From Podarcis bocagei (Eukaryota), in the NCBI GenBank assembly GCA_964188305.1, contig OZ076887.1: a DNA stretch of 63,842 bases, one strand, 5' to 3'. How positions within the stretch are numbered: position 1 is the first letter of the stretch; every line of letters begins with the position of its first letter. Shown here in pieces: positions 25,348 through 37,302 of the stretch. The notes beneath the pieces were generated by a model that saw nothing but the letters and a program-made list of their open reading frames with translations, did no database searches and had not been told where the DNA came from. Made by a program: the position numbers and the translations under genes.

Positions 25348-25941
25348 CATAGCTGTCAACTTACAGATTTGAAAATAAGGGACCAGCAGCCTTGAAAATA
25401 AGGGACCAGCAGCCAAAATAAGGGACCTGCAGCCTCACCTGTTCCAGGCACTCCAGTCTTCCTGTCCTCCTGCAGTCTGGTCAAACTCATGCTGGTAGCT
25501 TCGAGAACACTGTCCAACCAACTTTGTAACCAGAGGTTCAACTGAATAGAATCTGAATCACATGCACCACAAGGCCTATGCAGCCTCAACTTAAGATGGC
25601 TCCCCGGCCTGGCTTTGCACTGCAAAGTTTGCAGCAGCACGTGCAACAAAATGGCGTCCAGCATTCAAAAAACCCCTCAGCTTCATTAACTAGCCACACA
25701 CAAGGCATGCAAGCTCCACCCCCCAGTCATTCTTAGACTTCTTATTGGGTGAGCAACACAGCCAAGCAACACAGTTGGAACCTCCCTCCTCCCTGGCCAG
25801 CAGGGAGAGCTGCTTCCTTTGAAATTTAAGGGACATCATTTAAGGGACATTTAAGGGACATCCATCAATAAGGGACAGCAGCGGGACATGGCGCTGAAAT
25901 AAGGGACTGTCCCTTCAAATAAGGGACACTTGACAGCTATG
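25348..25941. mobile_element. Non-autonomous hAT element, 594 bp
   Basis: 12-bp TIR CATAGCTGTCAA / TTGACAGCTATG, perfect 8-bp TSD CATCTGAG (25340-47, 25942-49) and subterminal TAAGGGAC repeats. Confidence 0.93.
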
Positions 25942-26623
25942 CATCTGAGCACTTCTAACTCAAGTGTTTTGAAAGCATGCAGTTTTTCCCCCTAAGAAAA
26001 AGTATTGGCATAGATTTGCCAGTCCACTTGTGTGTGTGCAAGGGATGCAGACTGGATCAACACATCCATTCCTAAGTGCCATTAAAGGAGGACCCACAGA
26101 GATCATTTTAGTAACCCAGCCTGGATGCAATCAGGGTATGTTATATGGGTGCTATGCATCAGCCTACCAAGTAGCAAAGATTTTTTTAAATAAAACCCCC
26201 CCCCCCTATATACCAGGTACAGAGATCTTCACTAAAATGATCACATGTGGGGAAATGATTGGTTATGCCTGAATCGTTGAGAAATCTGCACTGACTTTTT
26301 TTGCTCCTGACCATCGTTCTAGTTATCTCCACCACCGCCACATGGTGTCCTGAAATCAAATGGGTTTCTGGCCTCTTCACAAGGACTCTTGCAGCTTCCT
26401 GTCTGCTGCCATCTGCTGTTCATCGTTCATGCCCAAATTCATTTTCTCTACACTGTTTGTTTCACCTAAGACAGGCTCCAAATTCATTAAAAAACAGCAA
26501 CTCCGTTTCTTTATTCATTCTTTCTAATAAAGATCTGCCTTATGTACTGTGTCAAGTCAATGGTCCTCTAGCTGTAAAAGACCAGCCCAGAATGGAAATA
26601 TAGTTTCTCTAGGTCTCTGTAGA

Positions 26624-26993
26624 GAACCCTGATGCTGGGCAAGATTGAGGGCACAAAGAGAAGGGGACGACAGAAGACGAGATGGTTGGACAGTTTTCTT
26701 GAAGCTACGAACATGAGTTTGACCAAACTGCGGGAGGCAGTGGAAGACAGGAGTGCCTGGCGTGCTCTGGTCCATGGGTCCACAACAGTGGCGTAGCGTG
26801 GGGGTGCAGGGGAGGTCGGCTGCACTGGGCGCAACATCTGGGGGCGCGCGCTCGCACTTGCAGCTCTCTGCCCCTACCTGGCTCACTCAGGGTTAGGGGG
26901 CGCAAATTACTTGCCTTGCCCCGGGTGCTGGCAACCCATGCTACGCCACTGGGCCACAAAGAGTCAGAAACGACTAACTGACTAAACAACAAA
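26624..26993 (+). mobile_element. RTE/BovB-type LINE 3' end (5'-truncated), interrupted by a hAT MITE
   Basis: Encodes LMLGKIEGTKRRGRQKTRWLD and ends AAGAGTCAGAAACGACTAACTGACTAAACAACAA. 13-bp TSD AGGTCTCTGTAGA (26611-23, 26994-27006). Confidence 0.92.
26786..26951. mobile_element. hAT MITE, 166 bp
   Basis: TIR CAGTGGCGTAGC(G/A)TGGG, 16/17 match. TSD GTCCACAA / GGCCACAA (7/8). Confidence 0.9.
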
Positions 26994-27007
26994 AGGTCTC
27001 TGTAGAC

Positions 27008-27488
27008 CAGTGTTTCCCAACCTTTTTTGGGCAAAGGCACACTTGTTTGATGAAAAAAATCTCGAGGCACACCACCATTACAGCCCCGTGACGTCAGCGC
27101 GCAGCGTCACGCCGGGAGGGACGCACGAAAGTGTAAGTTTCAATTTTTTCCCCTCCCCCTTGCCGGGGAACCTCCAAGCTTTGGGGGGGGGAGGAGGCAG
27201 CAAAGCGAGGCAGGAAGGAGAGCGCGGCTTGGCTGGGTGAGCTTTGGCAGGGGCAGGGAATGAGAGCCGCGAGACGGGCGCTGCGGACGGAGGCGCTGCC
27301 CGCCGAGCTCGCAGGCAGCCAGGCAGGCAGACGGCGAGAGCCCAGCGCTGGGCGGCCTCTCCTCGCCGCCGCCGCCCCGCCTCTCACCGCCCAACTCGCC
27401 CGCCTCCCTCCAGGCAACATCTCGCGGCACACCAGGCAACATCTCGCGGCACACTAGTGTGCCGCGGAACAGTGGTTGGGAAACACTG
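27008..27488. mobile_element. Non-autonomous hAT (Charlie-like) element, 481 bp, CpG-rich interior
   Basis: 15-bp TIR CAGTGTTTCCCAACC / GGTTGGGAAACACTG and a perfect 8-bp TSD CTGTAGAC (27000-07, 27489-96). Confidence 0.95.
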
Positions 27489-30076
27489 CTGTAGACGTAT
27501 ACCTGCCATGATCAGATATGGTGCTCCAAGGAGGTTGAGGCAAACCCAACTCCTGGTATGCAGAGCATGTGCCTGATCACTGAGTTACAGCTCATACTTA
27601 TACAGATTATCTCATTCCTGACTAGATACAGTAATGAGAAGGTGATTCATGCTGAACTGCTTATTTTGAACTGAGCGTCTTGGCAGTGTGATTTACTGTA
27701 TTAAGAGTAGAAGAAATGAAAAGGAGAAAGTAATTAATTATTATTTCCTGAATACCATTCCATCCTGTCCCCTCCCCTTGTGTGTGTGTGTGTTTTATAA
27801 AAAAACGCCCCCCCGATGACTAATGCTGCTACAGAAACATTGTGTACCTATCTAATCACTTATTACAGCTGATGAAATAAAAGCCGTTGTCCCATGGCCC
27901 CGTGCAAATTATTCTTGTTAATTATTTTTTAATTATCCTTCCATCACGGCTGTTGGTGCTAGTCATAATTTCCACATCAGTGGAGACAGACGTGGCATCT
28001 GCAAATAATCTTCCTAAGGAAGGGCTTCCACTGTGGAAGGGAACAAGAGGTGTGTTCCTTGCCGGTTGCATTACCAGAGCTCTTTCAGAAGGTGATTCTC
28101 TGAACTTAATGCCATTAATTGTTCCTTATTGGTGTGTGTGTGCGCACGTGTGTGCAAGCACACTCACCAAAAGAGCCTAATTAGTTCAGGTTTCAGATAA
28201 CACGTTTAATGTCTCTGTATTGCCAGAATGCCTAACGGCATATTAATCAGGCCCGTGTTCAAACAGATGGGTAGGTTGCATATTACTCAGGTCCAAACAA
28301 TGACAAATGCATCCCTGTGGCATATGTGGAGATTATACACTGTGGTAGCTCCTGGTGAGTGGAAAGAAAAGGATCTTTTGAGCCATAACAGAGAGACACT
28401 GGAAAATGTTCTCTTTCTACTTCAGAACCGTTAATGGGGGGGAAATGTAATGGGTATTTGGGGAACACAGCTCCTGTCACCATCTAATTTAAGGCCTGGC
28501 AAATGATCCTACTGGGAGGGGTGAAGGAACAGCAATGAATGTGGCATCCAGAGAAGGAAATGAAAATTATTAAACGTCTCTGCCTGTGGGTGAAGAATCT
28601 GTGAAACAAAATATTCTCAGCATGGGTGACAAAAAGTAAATTATTTAGCAGGCGGGTTGCTGGGTTCACAGTTCACAGTGTACATTTTAATTGATAAACT
28701 CGGCTCATATTTAGTAGCAAATTATCTGTAAACATACTAATTTGTTAGTTATCCAGCATGATTTGACAAATGTTATGTTCAAATGTGTTGACCCGTGCAT
28801 TGCTTGATATCTTCTTTATGGGCTAAAAAACAAACAATTGTAATGGTTTTTAAAAGTAATTCTTAGTTTATTTGAAATGTCCATATTTTTGGCACACGAC
28901 TTTCCCTAAACATTTCCAAGACTCTAACACTCCCTTCTTTTCTGGCATACAATTGCATGGCTTGCATAGTTTGGTCTGAGCAGTAAGGGATTCTTCAGTG
29001 CTGCCGGTTACTCAAAATGTTTGATGTTTTTGGTACTGATCATCACCTGCCTTTGCTACAGGTAGATTAATAAATGCTGAACTTGATTAACTATAAGAAC
29101 AAGCTTTCTTGTAGATTGTTGTAGCACTTTATTTGCAAAAAGGGGTCCTGAAGTATGCTGAAGTTTGCAGATGAAAAGTTCCCCCTCCCTTCCAACTCTA
29201 TTGTTCTTTGTGGAAGCCAGTTGGGTCCTTGTGATGTAGAATCATAGCTTCAGTCACATGGTAGCTTCAGTTGCATAGACTCCATGTGGTTATTGCAGTG
29301 AATGGAAAAATCTGATCCACCACTAACAACCAAGAATGTAGTGAAGCTGGCATTTAAAATAGAATAGGATGGCATACCATGCCACATCAATATTGCCTAA
29401 ATATAATGTCTGTTAAGGCATGACACTTAAAAGCTGTAATTTCCCAGATTTTTGAAGCTTGAGTGAACATGGAAAGCCCTTAATGCGACACGTTAAACTG
29501 ATTTTTTTATTTTTTATTTTTGTTAATTGAATTATAAGCCGAAAGGCAAAACCTGTGTCTCAGATTGATTTATGTGTGGTGTGTAGTTAATGAAAACTGT
29601 ATAAATGAATGAATAAATGTATGAAGGCTGACAACTCAGTCCTGTCTGTGCATGATAGCTGAGCTGTGGGCCACAGATGTTAACATCCATCCTTGCAGCT
29701 AGTTTTGCATCCCAAGCCTCCAAAGGAAGACTCACAACGTTTTCCCCGTGCCTTATGATTACTGGTACACTATACTATTATTAGTGTGTATTATGAAAGT
29801 CCAGAGAATAGTTGTGTTGGTCTCACTGGCTCTCTATAAGATGTTGTGCAAAGCCAGAGTGTTGGAAGAGCCGTCTCACTGCCATATCCTTTGTATTCAG
29901 AATATTTATTGTAGAAGCAAGGAGCAGTTGCCTGTGCAGGCGTCCCCCTGGCTGCAGCTATATAAGCAGTTGACTAAGTGTTTGGTCCAGGGCCTATACT
30001 AAACTACCAGCATTACAGGATTAGACTGCAAAGCAACTACTAGTGTCCCATAAGATGAGGGTTTTTTGGCTATTTC

Positions 30077-30444
30077 CAGTGCTTTTTTCTGGGAGGATGC
30101 AGGGGTACACATACCCCTAAACATTTTGTGAATCTAACGGAAGAAGGAAATATTTTTTTAAATTTTTTTAAATAGTTTCTTCTCTAGTACGGTGAATTGT
30201 CAGTTCCGTTGCTACCCCCAATGGCGGCCTCATTTCCTTTCCCGGTGTTTCCTGCGTCTCAGACAGAAGTGAGCTTGTAATGTGTGAACCAGTGTGGAAT
30301 GTGGATTTAATATGAGCTAATGCATGTTTTTTGTAGTTTTGTCCATTTACTGTATTTATTTTCCCCGATCTGAACTATAAAATGGTGATTTTCTTGAGTC
30401 AAAAGGGGAGTACCCCTAAACATTTTTTAAGAAAAAAAGCACTG
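30077..30444. mobile_element. Non-autonomous hAT element, 368 bp (long form)
   Basis: TIR CAGTGCTTTTTT / AAAAAAGCACTG and TSD GCTATTTC / TCTATTTC (7/8). Both arms are shared with 37481-37659. Confidence 0.9.
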
Positions 30445-30534
30445 TCTATTTCTACACCCATCACTGTCTATTTCTCCCCATCACTACTATGTCAGTGTTA
30501 CTCATTTGCTTGTTTTCTGCTTCTACAAAAGAGC

Positions 30535-30678
30535 TAGTGTGGTGTAGTGGTTAAGAGCGGTAGACTCGTAATCTGGGGAACCGGGTTCGTGTCTCTACTC
30601 CACCACATGCAGCTGCTGGGTGACCTTGGGCTAGTCACACTTCTCTGAAGTCTCTCAGCCTCACTCACCTCACAGAGG
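30535..30678 (+). mobile_element. Squam3-type SINE, young, 3'-truncated
   Basis: AGTGTGGTGTAGTGGTTAAGAGCGGTAGAC...GGGTTCG...CTCACCTCACAGAG, matching 24566-24706 in reverse. Confidence 0.9.
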
Positions 30679-30998
30679 TGCCACCCACTCTGGATGGCTC
30701 CCAATAGTAGACTATAGATCAAAACCATAAGGGGAGGGAAACATAAGGGTCAGACTGAGTCCAAACCAAAGGCCAGGCAGAACAGCTCTGTCTTGCAGGC
30801 CCTGCGAAATGATGTCAAGTCCCGCAGGGCTCTAGTCTCTTGTGACAGAGCATTCCACCAAGTCGGGGCCAGTACTGAAAAGGCCCTTTCCTTAGTTGAG
30901 ACCAGTCTAACCACCTTGCGACTTGGGACCTCCAAAGTTCTGTCATTTATGCCCGCGGGGCATACCAGGAGAGGCGGTCCTGTAGGTACGTGAGTCCT
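30679..30998 (-). mobile_element. L2 LINE 3' end
   Basis: Translates RAFSVLAPTWWNALSQETR...SFRRACKTELFCLAF, the L2 ORF2 C-terminus. Confidence 0.9.
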
Positions 30999-32342
30999 AG
31001 AGGTCTTTTCTGACAGTTTGCTGTACTGAGGGATGCTAGGCAGTGCTTGCTAGCACTCATGTAGTTTTTACCTGCTGCTTTCTTGTCTGACAGATTCTCT
31101 TTCTTTCCTATGATTCTTCAATAATCATTGGATTATTAAAATGTGAGATGACAGTGAATGACTAAGATTCTTGTTAGACTGTCACTGTGCCTATTATGCA
31201 AATGTTTGTTCCTCCCTTCTCACTGCTGGCCAACTCGCTTGGTTTTTTCCTCCTTCCTCTGGAGAGTTTGGCTCATATTTATGATCTTGAGATCAAACAA
31301 GCAACTCTTGTCTTTATCATAGCTGCTTGCACTAAGACATCAAACTTGTCATACAGAGGATGGAATTAAATGCCAACCAAAGGATGATGTACACTGCGAG
31401 GTGGCCATATTTTTGGACATCACATTAAAATAGCATTTGAAACTGGAATGGTGTGCTTGGGAATGATTTTATTTTCTCTTGGCAGTGCTTGGACCACCCT
31501 AAGTTATTGTTTTCTGAGTAGTCACTTTTTACATCTCTAATCGAATCCTTGCAGAAGGGAGTGCTTTCCAAATCAGTGTAGCAGCAGGGTTCATTGCTGC
31601 TGTCAACCTTACAGCATAAAGATGAGAGGTGAACTGAAACGGGGCACTTTTTGTGACTATTTTCAACAACATTGAAAAGTATCCTCTCTTTCCCCACTTT
31701 TCATTTCTTCCGTCTTAAATTCAGTTCTCCACATGTCTGCAGAAATCTATGATTTTACTTTTTTAAAAGTCCTCATGAAAATTATTCAGCATTTTCATAC
31801 AATTTTCTCTAAGTTACATTTTTTCCTCCAAGCATTGTCTCCTAAAATAATGCATTTATGTAAACATCGGTTGGAGAACTGAATCACAAACTCTGGATGT
31901 GTGACTTTCAAACAGTGACTGTGTTATGGTTTTTATGTTGTCTCAGAAAGTGCAAATTTCATTCATTTGGCTTTAAATGCGAACTGAATCAAATTTCTCC
32001 CCCATTTCTAATTGCAGCTGTGTTTTGCTTATTGTGTTGCGAGGATGTGAAAGCATTCAAAGTGAGGACAACACGTCTTGAACTGACTTTGTTTGCCTTC
32101 AGTGACATCAGCCCAATTTCTAATGCTTGAACAGCTGTGCTTGGTGCACATTCCTCAAATACCGGGTCTGTGTTGGTATGATATCTGAAAAACATTCAGT
32201 AAGATTCAGTTTCTTTAAAAAAAAGCATGTTTGCCAATTGTATTAAACTTCTCTTTAAAAAAACTCTATGGAAAAGATGACCAGTAAGTACTTTTCTTCA
32301 AATACAAGGAAGGTCATACTTTTTCACAGGGCTATTTTAAAA

Positions 32343-32392
32343 AATGCTAATGCTAATGCTAATGCTAATGCTAATAATAATAATGCTAATGC

Positions 32393-32436
<44 letters not shown>
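32343..32436. repeat. Compound (AATGCT)n/(AAT)n microsatellite
   Basis: Directly visible. Confidence 0.97.
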
Positions 32437-33025
32437 TATCCTGGAAATGAAGCTCTCTTGCCTTTCCCAGTCTACCCAAGCAATGCCATTTTCTTCCAGA
32501 TTTTGTTGTTGTTCTCACTCTGATTGTTCCTAAAGGTCCAAGTTTGTTTCTAACACATTTCATGCAGGATCAACAAAAACCCCAATGAAATTTCTCATTT
32601 CAACATGCTGCTGATCTCAGAATGCAAGTTATGGGAGGGGGGAATACTGTAAATGGCTTTTTGTGTGTAAAGAATACTTTTTTTTTAACATTTCAAGCTT
32701 GCTCCTTGATTTGTCTCCCTTTATAATTTTAATAGAACACTATGAAATCTCTCCTGAGTTGCACGCTCTGGCACCTCAAAACTAGATTGCCAACAAAGTG
32801 ATGATAAATGCATTTCCAAGTCAATGTTGTTTGTATAAAATCGAAGCCAGGAACGCAAATGCCACACTTTAGCAGAGAATCTAAGCGTGACCTTGTATAG
32901 CACTATTGACTTCAGTTGATGTACTCAGGTGTTTAAACACTCTTTCAAAATAGGGTAAAAATACAAAGCACATCCCCTTGCTTTTGGACAGGGGTCATTT
33001 AAGGTAATATCTGTGGCATGTAGCA

Positions 33026-33026
<1 letters not shown>

Positions 33027-33080
<54 letters not shown>

Positions 33081-33342
33081 CCACCCTATACCCGTAGGTT
33101 TCAGGGCAGTTCACAGAAAAGATTGACATAAAACCCACAATATATAATCAAAACAAAAGCAACAATCTAATAACACCCATCCTCTCCAAAAGAGCCACAT
33201 TTTAAAAGGGTATAGGATATAAATCAGATCAACCAAAGGCCTGGTTAAAGAGGAACGTTTTTGCCTGGTGCCTAAAGGTGTATAATGAAGGCGCCAGGCA
33301 AACTTCCCTGGGGAGAGCATTCCACCGACGGGGAATTCCACC
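33027..33342 (-). mobile_element. L2 LINE 3' end with (TAA)n tail
   Basis: Revcomp GTGGAATGCTCTCCCCAGGGAAGTTTGCCTGGCGCC encodes WNALPREVCLA. Followed by the 3' UTR and (ATT)n at 33027-33079. Confidence 0.88.
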
Positions 33343-33869
33343 TTTCACTAACTTTGGTTGGTGTAATGTTGGGTTGAGGTATTGTGGAAGGGTTTTTGTT
33401 AGGAGCTGTTTTTTATATTAATTTTTTGTATCTTTATTTTAGATCTTATTATGATTTATGTGGAAATTGTTTGATTTGCTTGTGTACTTTTTGATGTTTG
33501 ATTTATTGTTTATGATTGCTTTTGTTATGTTTGATGTAACTATGTAATTTTTTCCACGTTGTAAACCGCCTTGGGCATGGCTTTAACTATGGGAAAGTAG
33601 CATATAAATAAAATTATGTATGTATGTACATTCCAGTTGATGCCCTTTTTGGGAGAAACATGATTTTACCAGTTATTCATTCCTTGATAATGCCTTGTTA
33701 AGCCTGCTGATGAAGATGGTTCAGAAATTCCAACCAGTCTAAAGTTCAGCAGTGCGGCTGTAACTGAGATCTTAGGACACATTTCAGGGGATAAAGATTT
33801 GCAGTTATGGCTCCGTGTCAACAGCCCAGAAGACTTTGTTGATTGGTCACCAAATAATCAGCTTTTTTT

Positions 33870-34110
33870 CACTACACATTTCAACATGCTGTTTTTGACC
33901 CATAAAAGTTTAAATGGTCTCGGACTGGAGAATCTGAAGGGCTGCTTCCTCATCTATTAATGTACCTGCTGTGGAGGCCTCACTCAGAGGTGATGAAGAG
34001 TGGTACTACTATGACTAGGCCCCTGTGGTGGAACTGCCTCCTTGAAACAATTTGTCAGGCCCCAGTGCTATTAGCCCTGAAGCGCTAGATTAAAACAGTG
34101 TTGTATTTTG
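33870..34110 (+). mobile_element. Old L2 3' fragment
   Basis: CTGTGGTGGAACTGCCTCC (WWNCL) plus upstream L2-like sequence; highly degenerate. Confidence 0.5.
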
Positions 34111-34837
34111 CTTCGTGGTCTCTTTAACTGTAGATTTGTGATGCTTCCTTCTTATTGGTTTTAATGGAGCTGGCCTTTGTGGAGTGGAGTAGAAGATATT
34201 CTGTTTGATTAGTCATCTGAATTCTGCACAGCAAGGGTTATGCTTTCCCTGAGGATGGGCCTTGAACTGAATGGCAACATAATGCAGTGGCCCTTTTAAA
34301 TAAAAACAGTCTTCTACAGCAACTGCAATATTCCCTCCTGTTTCCTTGTACTTGGTATAGATAGGAAGTAGGCTGAATACTGATTAATCTGGTTGCTTAC
34401 TTACCTCACATTCTATATCAGATTATGCAGGTAATTTCACGACCTGGAATGTTTTAGATTCTGTAGTCTGAATGAAAGCATTGCTTTTGTCACTTTTCTT
34501 TAGTTTATCCCTAGTTTCAGTTTTGAGGACGCCAAAGGACGCTGAGCTCCTTATGCTCTTGCATGTTAATGAAGCAAACAACAGTACTTTAGCCATTATG
34601 TTGGTGTTGTTCAGTGACTTAAGAGTCTGAAGTTCCCTGGTTCAAATCTCACATCTGCCATGAAGTTTCTAGGTGGCCTTAGTCAAACCACTCTCTCAGT
34701 TGCCTCAGGATGCCTTACTGAGTTGTTGCAAAGATTACTTCTAGATGATGCTTGTGAAGTGCTTTGAATACTCGAAAACAGGAATAAAAATTACTGCCAC
34801 TAGTATGTTTGTGATGCTGCTGCTGCTGTGGTAAAGA

Positions 34838-34942
34838 CAGTGTGGTGTAGTGATTAGAGTATTAGAGCAAGTCGTGGGAGATCAGGGTTCAAATCCCTAT
34901 TCAGCCATGAAGCTCACAATTTCTCAGCCTAACCTGCCTTGT
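34838..34942 (+). mobile_element. Squam3-type SINE fragment
   Basis: CAGTGTGGTGTAGTGATTAGAGT...GGGTTCAAATCCC...CAGCCATGAAGCTCAC. Confidence 0.75.
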
Positions 34943-36981
34943 AAAGCTTTTCTGGGTAGTGTAAGCACACCTAGGTCAGAATCAATATCCCAGGCTTTAT
35001 ACTGTGTTACATTTGAAAGCCTATGGGCTTTTAATGCATGTGTTATGTTCCACTGCCCACACTCCTACTTGCACACACGGAGAGCTAAACACATAGAAAG
35101 AGGCAGCGATTTCTAGTGGAACAGCTTGCTGGCAAAGAAACTGCTGGCCATTACTGCAAGGCAATCAATGGGAGAGCAGAAAGCATGCAATTGCTGACTG
35201 GATGGCAGCCCCTGGACTGCTGAGATCAGCACAGGCTGAGTCTGTTAAGCACAGGCTTCACTCCAACAGCAGCAGAAGATCTCAACGAACTTTAGCTGAA
35301 GACCGATAGCAAGAAAACAAGAACTAAGCAACAAAGTAGGTTTGCAGCCTCCTGTTGCCTGCAAATTCACGGTTTGCCTTCTCTAGACCTATTAGCAGGA
35401 AGTGATCCTCAAGGATAGATAAAGCAACACTCTTTTACACATCTGTTCTATACCCCACAGATGCAATCAGCAAACATGTGTTCATTGCCCCTGATAGACA
35501 TGTCTCTATCTCCACTGCCACCTCCAGACATTTCCCTCTTGATTTCCTGTGGTCGCAGGTGACTTCTGCCAGTGAAATGCCTCACTGGTCTCTGCTGGAA
35601 GCAGACACCCTTTTCATTTGCTGCTGATCTGTTCCCTGTCATTTTCAACAGCAGAAAGATCATGTGCTGAGCATGATGGCAGTATCTTAATTTTTTTCTA
35701 AACACCTGGGAAGCAGCCATTTCTCTTTAGCTATTCAGGAGGAAATCTTTACTACTTCATACAAAGCTTCTAATCTGTGGCATACATCAGATGACAGATA
35801 CCAATCAGTCCAGCATACCAGGATTCATGGTGCAATCACAGAAGGGAACAGTGCAGTTAGTAGAATGCCACTATATTTTAACCTATTGAAATGGATTTGT
35901 TTGGAATTTTGGGAGGATGCTGAAGATTCTGTGCTTCTTCATAATAGTACAGTTCCCAGTGTTTCTTTGTTGGAAGCCATGACAATAAAACAATACCCTA
36001 CCTTCTGTTGTGTGTTCCATCAATCATATCAATAAGTGTGCTGTGGCAGACATTATATATGTTGACTTCTGGCTGGAAAAATGTATAGTTCCTGCATGTA
36101 TGCTAGTGGACAATGTTTGGAGTGCTATACAACAGTACCAATCACATATGGGAGAGAGAGAGGATTGCCTGAATCCAAGCCCACTTTCCCTGCACTCTTG
36201 ACAGAAAAGGTGATGGAGCAGGAGAGGATAGATTTGGTCCCTCTTTTTCCAGGCAGATGATGACTACCTGTAGGGTGCTGAGTAACAGCCATAGCTCAGT
36301 AGCAGACCATGTGCTTAGTAGTAGTAGATCATGTGCTTAGTCACTGTCAATCATTGTAGGCAATATTGAGCTTGATGAATCAATGGTCTAATTTGGTTAT
36401 AAGGCTGATTCCTTTGCAGCACCACGAAAGTTGATGATGTCACTGACCAGCTGTTTGGTTCCATGCACATGCTTCTGAACGTCGTGTCTGGATCCGGGCA
36501 TGCAGGGCATGCTAGATGCAGTGTTCGGTCTGCCATCCAGAACCATGGATGCAGTTCCCATTCCAGCAAGGGATACAAGCTTTGCAAACCCCAGTGAAAT
36601 TGGGAGAGTGTGCTTATTCAGTGTGGAGCACGAGTGGATCTTATTGATGCTCAGAGCCTGCAATTCAGCGAGATTCAAAGTGGCAAGAACAAGCAGTCAC
36701 TGCAGTAGATATTGCCAGCAAACAGGAAACAGCACTAGAGTTGATTGCTGGCTTCCCACAGCTCTCCTGAAAGCTTCTGACAACAATCCTTCCTTTGGGA
36801 ATAAGTCCACAAACCTCTGCAGTTATTCAGACAGGCCATTTCCATTTAGGTTTATGGGAAACATGCTGCCACATTTTATTGGCCTGCTGGGAATCCCCCC
36901 CCCCACCGTATGGTATAGTGGGGATGCTGGGCACCTACCTAATTTTACCCATTCATACATCTCACTGCAGGGAAGGAATTT

Positions 36982-37054
36982 TGTGTGTGTGTGTGAGTGA
37001 GTGAGTGAGTGAGTGTGTGTGTGTGAGAGAGAGAGAGAGAGGGGGGGAGAGAGA
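36982..37054. repeat. Compound (GT)n(GAGT)n(GT)n(GA)n microsatellite
   Basis: Directly visible. Confidence 0.95.
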
Positions 37055-37302
37055 GGATTGTATCTTTGGGCAGAAAATATTTTTTCAGCATGGTATAGTG
37101 GGGATGGCTGTTCTTCCCCCTTCTTGCCCTGCAACGAGTAAAATGGGGGGGGGGTAGGAGTCCAACCAAGGAAGTGCTTACTGATTTCTTTGCAACATTT
37201 TCCTCATGGACAGCCAGTTTCTTCTGCCATAGGCTGAGCTATAAGAAAAGGAACGGGGTCTGCTACACAGAATGACCCCCTAAATTGGTAGGTATAAATT
37301 AA

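Noticed and set aside
27080-27470. CpG island as a host gene promoter or first exon
   Set aside because: It is entirely enclosed by hAT TIRs and a perfect 8-bp TSD. The overlapping ORFs reflect high GC content.
29051-29070. Recursive splice site (YAG|GT) here and near 55780
   Set aside because: The donor half is GTAGAT, a poor match to GTRAG, and there is no known host transcript or strand.
31425-31697. ORF with CCYTDL, reminiscent of a TGF-beta receptor ectodomain Cys box
   Set aside because: It lacks the following CN and the cysteine spacing, and has no convincing splice sites.
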